Below, in pieces: positions 58,453 through 64,000 of a DNA stretch of 64,000 nucleotides. The notes beneath the pieces were generated by a model that saw only the letters and a program-made list of their open reading frames with translations, was not told the DNA's origin and searched no databases. Numbering within the stretch: position 1 is the stretch's first letter; every line of letters starts with the position of its first letter. Source of the DNA: a virus; IMG/VR virus record IMGVR_UViG_3300049063_000065, positions 307-64,306 of that record. The stretch is one strand, 5' to 3'. The translations under genes and the position numbers were made by a program.

Positions 58453-58472
58453 TTGGACAGTTCTCTCAATGG

Positions 58473-58673
58473 TTAGTTCCGATACCGCTCAATCTCCTCC
58501 GCCGCGTTGATGGCCCAGATTGCGATTGTCACCCCTAGCGATTCGTCGTCCACGCCGCGCAGGCCGTTGATTAGATCCGCTGCTGCATCGCGGTCGTAAT
58601 GATCGTCCTGCGTACCGAATAGAACGCGAAACATCATTGCCGCCTGAATGTCCTTATCTAACTTGATTACCAT
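58473..58673 (-). CDS. Hypothetical protein antisense between terS and terL
   Basis: 66 aa; TGgTAGAAT upstream on the minus strand. Confidence 0.55.
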   Translation of the reverse strand: MVIKLDKDIQAAMMFRVLFGTQDDHYDRDAAADLINGLRGVDDESLGVTIAIWAINAAEEIERYRN

Positions 58674-58732
58674 TGATGGTCTATAATTCTACCAGCGTTT
58701 ACCGCGCTTGTGTTGTGTTATCCTGACCGATC

Positions 58733-60343
58733 ATGGTCGCCCGCCTCCAGCAGCGTCGCAAGCACCCCGTCCTCGGTCCCGACTGGACGCAGTGGCCGCC
58801 CGAGGCACAGGTCCAACTCCTTGAATACCTTCGCTCGCTGGACAAACCGGGTGAACAGTTCAAGCAAACCTATCGCAGCAATCCAGTCGCCTTCGCTCAT
58901 GATTGCATCGACTGGCGCGACGAATCGCTAACTCAATACCAGGACGAAATCCTCGACGCGCTCCCTCGTCATCGTCGCGTTGCAGTCCGTGGCCCTCACG
59001 GGCTGGGTAAAACCTGTCTCGCAGCAATCTCCCTGCTCCATTTCTCCCTGACGCACGACGGCGACGACTGGAAAGTCCCTACCACGGCCTCCGCGTGGCG
59101 ACAGTTGAGCGAATTCTTCTGGCCGGAGATCCATAAATGGGCCACCCGGATTCGCTGGGATAAGGTGGGACGACCGCAATTCACGCAATTAGAGTTGCAG
59201 ACCATGCTTTTGCGTCTCAATACCGGGCGCGCGTTTGCAATGGCGTCCTCGGATGACGAACTTACAGAAGGAGCGCACGCTTCCCACCTTCTCTACATCT
59301 TCGACGAAGCGAAAGCCATCCCCGCTGGTCGCTGGGACGCCGCCGAGGGCGCGTTGATGACCGGCGACACCTACGCACTCGCTATCTCGACTCCCGGCGA
59401 ACCCCAAGGACGCTTCTACGACATCCACGCGCGTCGTCCGGGGTACGAGAACTGGTGGGTGCGGCACGTGACAGTGGATGAGTGCATCGCGGCGGGACGC
59501 ATCAAGCAGCAGGACGTAGAGCAGCTCGCTCGCCAGTGGGGTGAGAACTCCGCCGTGTTCAAGAATCGCGTTTTGGGCGAATTCTGTGAATCAACCGAGG
59601 ATACCGTCATCCCACTCTCGTGGATTGAAGCCGCCAATCGCCGCTGGGAGGAAAGGATCGAAGTAATCGACCGCCACTGGAACTGGATCGAAGGCGCGAA
59701 ACAAGGGAAGTGGCCGAGATGGCAGTGGCGACGAGAGGCGTTTCCCGTGGACGCGCTCGGTGTAGATATTGCGCGTAGCGATAAGGGTGACAAGACCGTC
59801 ATTGGGCGGCGTCAGGGACGCATCATCACTCAACTCGACCGCTACGCCATCGCTGACACGCAACCAGTGGTGGGATATACCTCAAACCTCTTAGAGCGCT
59901 GGCACCAGGCTTATGCGGTGATTGACATGATCGGTATCGGCAGTGGGCCATTTGATCAGCTCCGAGAGAGGTTCGGACACCGCGCAGTGGCGTTCAACGC
60001 GGGCGAAGCGACCACTCTCAAGGACAGATCAAAGGAGTTGGAATTTGCCGACAAGCGCTCCGCCGCGTGGTGGAACATGCGCGAACTCCTCGATCCGGCC
60101 TACGACAGCGATGTCGCCCTCCCGCCCTGCGATCTCCTTACCGGCGACCTTACTGGACCACGTCGTGGGCGGATGACCGGCAGTGGCAAGTTACGTGTCG
60201 AGTCCAAAGACGATCTGCGCAAGCCCGCGCGCCTCGGTCGCTCCACCGACGACGGCGACGCAGTGGTGCAGGCGTTCTTCCCGCGTAAGAAGGAACCCGC
60301 GCAGGACGATGCGTATTCATACTCGTACGAGGAGTACATGTGA
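58733..60343 (+). CDS. terL: Terminase large subunit
   Basis: YQDEIL, Walker A GPHGLGKT, Walker B YIFDEA, ISTP, RVLGEF; nuclease LGVDIAR...DKT and STDDGDA. Confidence 0.95.
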   Translation: MVARLQQRRKHPVLGPDWTQWPPEAQVQLLEYLRSLDKPGEQFKQTYRSNPVAFAHDCIDWRDESLTQYQDEILDALPRHRRVAVRGPHGLGKTCLAAISLLHFSLTHDGDDWKVPTTASAWRQLSEFFWPEIHKWATRIRWDKVGRPQFTQLELQTMLLRLNTGRAFAMASSDDELTEGAHASHLLYIFDEAKAIPAGRWDAAEGALMTGDTYALAISTPGEPQGRFYDIHARRPGYENWWVRHVTVDECIAAGRIKQQDVEQLARQWGENSAVFKNRVLGEFCESTEDTVIPLSWIEAANRRWEERIEVIDRHWNWIEGAKQGKWPRWQWRREAFPVDALGVDIARSDKGDKTVIGRRQGRIITQLDRYAIADTQPVVGYTSNLLERWHQAYAVIDMIGIGSGPFDQLRERFGHRAVAFNAGEATTLKDRSKELEFADKRSAAWWNMRELLDPAYDSDVALPPCDLLTGDLTGPRRGRMTGSGKLRVESKDDLRKPARLGRSTDDGDAVVQAFFPRKKEPAQDDAYSYSYEEYM

Positions 60344-60379
60344 TAGGATGCGCTGCCGACACCACTCGAAGGAGCACTC

Positions 60380-61081
60380 ATGGACGCAGCTAAAAACTTT
60401 GCCAAGGCCACAGTTGACGGTTTATACGACGACGAAGCCACCTCAATCGACGTAGCTTCCGGCGGCGGCGCGCGATTTCCCGCCGTGCCGTTCAATGCCG
60501 TCTGGTGGAACGCGACTGATTTCCCTGATCCCTCAGACGACCCCAACGTGGAAGTGATCCGCGTCACCGGCATATCTACCGACACACTAACCATCGCACG
60601 CGGCCATGAAGGCACGGGATCGCCCGGCGTGGCGGGATTTACTCATGAGATCGAAGGCAAGACCTACAAGCTCGTCGCCGGACTGACCGCCAAGGCCATC
60701 AACGACGACATGCTGCCCACCACCCGCACTGGAGACGACTTCAACGTTCCAGCGCCCGGCGCGCTGGAGTTTGAAGCGACCGATCAGGTCGCCCTGCGAA
60801 GTGTTTCCAGCACGGTGCGCGTGGAATCACAAGCTGGCGGTATGGTGATGGAAGTTGGAGTGGGAGGCACGGCAGGACTGGGCGATGCCGATGAGAACGA
60901 TTCAGGAGCGGCGCTGCTGGTGAGCAATTCACTGGCCCAGGTCTCAGCCAGGGGACATTTCGGCACGGATCAAACCGCATCCGCGACAGTGGCGGTCGGC
61001 ACGCTTGCTGCCAAGATGCCGATCTATAACCTCGCAGGCACGCTTATTGGTTATATCCCTATCTACGGTTCAATTACCTAG
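60380..61081 (+). CDS. Fibre-like virion protein
   Basis: N-terminal EVIRVTGISTDTLTIARGHEGT is typical of phage fibre anchor domains; SD aaggag. Confidence 0.65.
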   Translation: MDAAKNFAKATVDGLYDDEATSIDVASGGGARFPAVPFNAVWWNATDFPDPSDDPNVEVIRVTGISTDTLTIARGHEGTGSPGVAGFTHEIEGKTYKLVAGLTAKAINDDMLPTTRTGDDFNVPAPGALEFEATDQVALRSVSSTVRVESQAGGMVMEVGVGGTAGLGDADENDSGAALLVSNSLAQVSARGHFGTDQTASATVAVGTLAAKMPIYNLAGTLIGYIPIYGSIT

Positions 61082-61090
61082 GAGGCTCGA

Positions 61091-61477
61091 ATGTCCTACG
61101 GCTCAACTGCTTTTGCGGCGGCCCCAATAGGCGGATTAATCGCCTCCGCAGGGACGTTCTTCTCTCCCAGTGAATCACTGCCCCGAGGTTCGCGCTTCCG
61201 CACTTTGGAGTACATCGGAAACGCTCAATGGTTTCAGGTAGTCCTGCAAATGGAGAACGTGCCCACTGAACCGCTTCGCACTGTGCGCGTCTACAGCAAC
61301 AATGATCCCGGTGAAAATCCGCAGTTACAAGTGACGATGGGTGAGGCTAACTACTCTCAGGGAATTATCGGCGCTGCTCGTTTTATCACCGTTGAGCTGG
61401 AAATGTTAGACCCGTGGCCGGAAACGCCGACCGGCCCTATCGATATTACGATCACCGGCAACGAATACTTCCAGTAA
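61091..61477 (+). CDS. Putative virion protein
   Basis: MSYGSTAFAAAPIGG N-terminus; SD ggagg. Confidence 0.6.
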   Translation: MSYGSTAFAAAPIGGLIASAGTFFSPSESLPRGSRFRTLEYIGNAQWFQVVLQMENVPTEPLRTVRVYSNNDPGENPQLQVTMGEANYSQGIIGAARFITVELEMLDPWPETPTGPIDITITGNEYFQ

Positions 61478-61483
61478 ACGCAT

Positions 61484-64000
61484 GTGGCTAACCCTATCGT
61501 ATTCGACTCTACGGCGACCAGTCCTGGCGGAACCGGGACGACGATAACCGTCACCCTGCCCACTCACGCGGTTGGCGACATCATCTACATTGAAATCGGG
61601 AACACGGGATCGACGCTCTGGGCGGGCAATCCGGCGGGGTGGACCCGCGTTCAACAAGTCCAGGTTGGCACTTCAACTAACGGACTCGTAGGAACGTGGT
61701 TCTGGCACAAGGTGGTTTCTGGCGACTCTCTTCCTCTCTCCAATCCCATCTTCACTCTCGGCGCAACGGTTACGCGAGAGGCGTTTGCAAAGACCTGGCG
61801 CGCGGCTGATATTGAAGGCCCGTTCTCGCTGCCCGAATGGACCCAGCGTTCTTACAATACAGGTACCGCCAACCCTATTAGACCATCCAGTGTCACTACG
61901 CCTGCGCCTGAGATGCTGGTCAACGTCGGCTACTTCCAGCGCGCAGCCACCAACGCCCCCGATCAATCAGGCTATACACAGGATGAAGAGATCATCATCA
62001 GTGGCACGCTGGTAGGGAACGCCTCGAATAAAGTCGTCGCAGGTCAGCAAACAGTTCTCAGCAGCCAAGACGCCTCACCTACCTCTGGCGCACGATGGGT
62101 GGCGGGAATAGTCTGTGTTCCGTCCCCGGATTACGTCTATTACCGCTCCGGCTCACAGGCTTTGACTGCTTCAGGCACCTCGGCGACCCCTGCGCTGCCA
62201 ACCGGCACCAGCGCAAACGACAACGCCGGTCGCAAGGATCTAATCGTCGCCACAGTGGAATGCGCTGGAACACCGACGATCTCCCCTAACACTGGAGCCG
62301 ACTGGAACGAGATTGGCGGCGCGTGGTCCACTACCACCAGCGGTAACGGCTCGACGGTGCGAAAGTACTGGACGCTGTACGACGGCACGCTCGATCTCCA
62401 GTTCAATCGCTCCTCCACGGGCGAGATCTACGTCTATTTCAGTACTTATCGAAACATAGACCAGGCCGATCCAATCGGCGCTTTCGAGACCCAGCAGAAC
62501 GCCTCTTCAACTACCAGCGCCTTCCCCGCAATGACGCGCACTGAGACTAAGTCCACGGTCCAGATCACGTGCGTCGCCGATGGTACTCCAACCTTCACCT
62601 CGCCGTCCTCGTGGCTGGAGCGTAACGATGGCAATGGCGCGACTTGCGCCGACCAGCCTTTCAATACAGGAGGAGTAGTCGGCTCTGCCTCGTTTACGCT
62701 CTCGACTGCGAGTCCGACACTTGCCGGTCAGTTGGAAATCCTGAGTGCTTCCGGTGTGGCGGCAGGTTCTCCTTCTTCGTCAGTCTCTCCCTCGATTTCG
62801 CCCTCCGCGTCGCAGTCTCCCAGCGCGAGCGTTTCTCCCAGCATTAGCCCTTCGCCAAGTCCAAGTCTCTCTCCATCTGCAAGCGTCTCACCAAGCGTAT
62901 CGCCCTCGGTGAGTTCGTCTCCTTCAGCGAGTTCCAGCGCATCCCTGTCACCATCGTCCAGCGTTTCACCAAGTGAGAGTCCTTCGCCGAGTCCGAGTGT
63001 TTCGCCGAGCGCATCGCAATCACCGAGTTCCAGCGAGTCTCCGAGTTTATCTCCCAGTGCAAGCCTGTCACCGAGCGCTAGTGTTTCACCCAGTCTATCG
63101 CCTTCAGCTAGCACCTCACCTTCGAGTTCTCCTTCTCCCAGTGAATCGCCTTCAGCCTCGCTAAGTCCGTCGAGCAGTGCGAGTGAGAGCCTCTCGCCAT
63201 CGGCCTCAGTCAGTCCCTCCTCCTCCCCTTCTCCATCCGTGAGTCCGAGTGCCAGTCAGTCGCCCAGCAGCTCAGAATCACCGAGCGTCTCCCCGTCAGC
63301 ATCTACGAGTCCCAGCAGCTCACCTTCTCTATCCCAGTCTCCTTCAGCCAGTGTCTCTCCCAGCAGTTCTCCCTCACCAAGCATATCGCCGAGTGCGAGC
63401 GCTTCCCCTAGTGCCTCAGAATCCCCCAGTATCTCACCTTCGGCGAGCATCTCACCCTCGTCATCTCCATCCCCTAGTCTCAGTCCTTCATCGAGCGTCT
63501 CGCCCTCGGCGTCAATTAGTCCATCCAGCAGCGGGAGCGCAAGTCAGTCTCCGAGCGCATCCGAAAGTCCGTCTTCGTCAATATCGCCAAGCGTTAGTCC
63601 GAGCGCATCCGTCTCTCCCAGCAGCAGCGCATCTCCAAGCGAGAGTCCGTCTCTCAGTCCGTCCGCAAGTGAGAGTGCTAGTGCGTCGCCTTCAGGGAGT
63701 GCCAGTCCGAGTTCAAGCGTCTCCCCTTCAGTGCCGCCTGGTTCACCTTCGGTCTCTCCTAGTGCCAGTATATCGCCCAGCCAGTCGCCTTCGAGTTCTA
63801 TTTCACCTTCGTCCAGCATCAGTCCGTCGCTCTCTCCGAGTGCCAGCCCCTCGCCGTCAGCCAGTGAGTCCCCCAGCCCGTCACCCAGTAGTAGTGAGTC
63901 ACCGTCGCTTAGTCCCTCGGCAAGCGAGTCTCCCAGTCTCTCGCCCAGTTCCTCCATCTCACCATCAATCAGCCTTTCAGTCTCTCCTTCGCTCAGTCCC
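61484..64000 (+). CDS. Large serine-rich-repeat virion protein, truncated by the window end (not in track)
   Basis: Frame read by hand is open from GTG 61484 to 64000 (839 codons): about 428 aa of beta-rich sequence, then at least 411 aa of (Ser-X)n from 62768. Confidence 0.88.
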   Translation, partial: MANPIVFDSTATSPGGTGTTITVTLPTHAVGDIIYIEIGNTGSTLWAGNPAGWTRVQQVQVGTSTNGLVGTWFWHKVVSGDSLPLSNPIFTLGATVTREAFAKTWRAADIEGPFSLPEWTQRSYNTGTANPIRPSSVTTPAPEMLVNVGYFQRAATNAPDQSGYTQDEEIIISGTLVGNASNKVVAGQQTVLSSQDASPTSGARWVAGIVCVPSPDYVYYRSGSQALTASGTSATPALPTGTSANDNAGRKDLIVATVECAGTPTISPNTGADWNEIGGAWSTTTSGNGSTVRKYWTLYDGTLDLQFNRSSTGEIYVYFSTYRNIDQADPIGAFETQQNASSTTSAFPAMTRTETKSTVQITCVADGTPTFTSPSSWLERNDGNGATCADQPFNTGGVVGSASFTLSTASPTLAGQLEILSASGVAAGSPSSSVSPSISPSASQSPSASVSPSISPSPSPSLSPSASVSPSVSPSVSSSPSASSSASLSPSSSVSPSESPSPSPSVSPSASQSPSSSESPSLSPSASLSPSASVSPSLSPSASTSPSSSPSPSESPSASLSPSSSASESLSPSASVSPSSSPSPSVSPSASQSPSSSESPSVSPSASTSPSSSPSLSQSPSASVSPSSSPSPSISPSASASPSASESPSISPSASISPSSSPSPSLSPSSSVSPSASISPSSSGSASQSPSASESPSSSISPSVSPSASVSPSSSASPSESPSLSPSASESASASPSGSASPSSSVSPSVPPGSPSVSPSASISPSQSPSSSISPSSSISPSLSPSASPSPSASESPSPSPSSSESPSLSPSASESPSLSPSSSISPSISLSVSPSLSP

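Larger units (their letters stand above)
1..64000. mobile_element. Tailed dsDNA bacteriophage genome (siphovirus-like), apparently permuted or partial
   Basis: Terminase, portal, capsid, tail tube, tape measure, tail tip and replication/recombination genes are all present. No host housekeeping genes seen. Confidence 0.95.

Noticed and set aside
61475-61486. Stop readthrough fusing 61091..61477 to the in-frame SRR gene
   Set aside because: The stop is TAA, there is no sign of recoding elsewhere, and a GTG two codons later allows coupled re-initiation. Not excluded, but unsupported.
62728-63957. Minus-strand ORFs rich in LGDGE/LAEG (also 10347..10808 and 23268..23882)
   Set aside because: Antisense shadows of the Ser-X codon repeats; the plus frame is the coherent gene.
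62768-64000. Possible CRISPR array, DNA tandem repeat or DGR repeat
   Set aside because: No fixed nucleotide repeat or spacer structure; synonymous codons vary freely; no reverse transcriptase or cas operon.
1-64000. tRNA genes, integrase, att sites
   Set aside because: None recognised by eye; tRNAscan-SE and the rest of the contig would be needed to exclude them.

Overview
The whole window is a tailed dsDNA bacteriophage genome with siphovirus-type organisation, apparently permuted. Layout: glycosyltransferase module (0.6-4.6 kb); portal, scaffold, decoration protein and major capsid (5.4-10 kb); head-tail and tail genes with an antisense HNH gene (10-29 kb); membrane/lysis-position genes (29-32 kb); a mostly minus-strand early region with RusA, DUF669-type SSB, Sak4-like ATPase, Cas4-like nuclease, D5/SF3 and Pif1/RecD-like helicases and many small ORFs (32-56 kb); then terminase small and large subunits and fibre-like virion genes (57-64 kb). 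The main finding is a candidate virion O-glycosylation system. Two large enzymes carry polypeptide GalNAc-transferase (GT27)-like motifs, one fused to a lectin-like and a SAM-methyltransferase domain and the other to a second GT-A domain. Six virion-module proteins carry (Ser-X)n Ser/Pro-rich tracts, including one of at least 411 aa in an ORF missed by the track (61484 to the window end). Other observations: many apparently leaderless sigma70 promoters, a TTAGG inverted-repeat origin candidate, short direct repeats bracketing single genes, secreted Cys-rich peptides and a Tat lipoprotein. No integrase, DNA polymerase, endolysin, tRNA or CRISPR array was recognised. All family calls are from motif recognition by eye, with no database searches.
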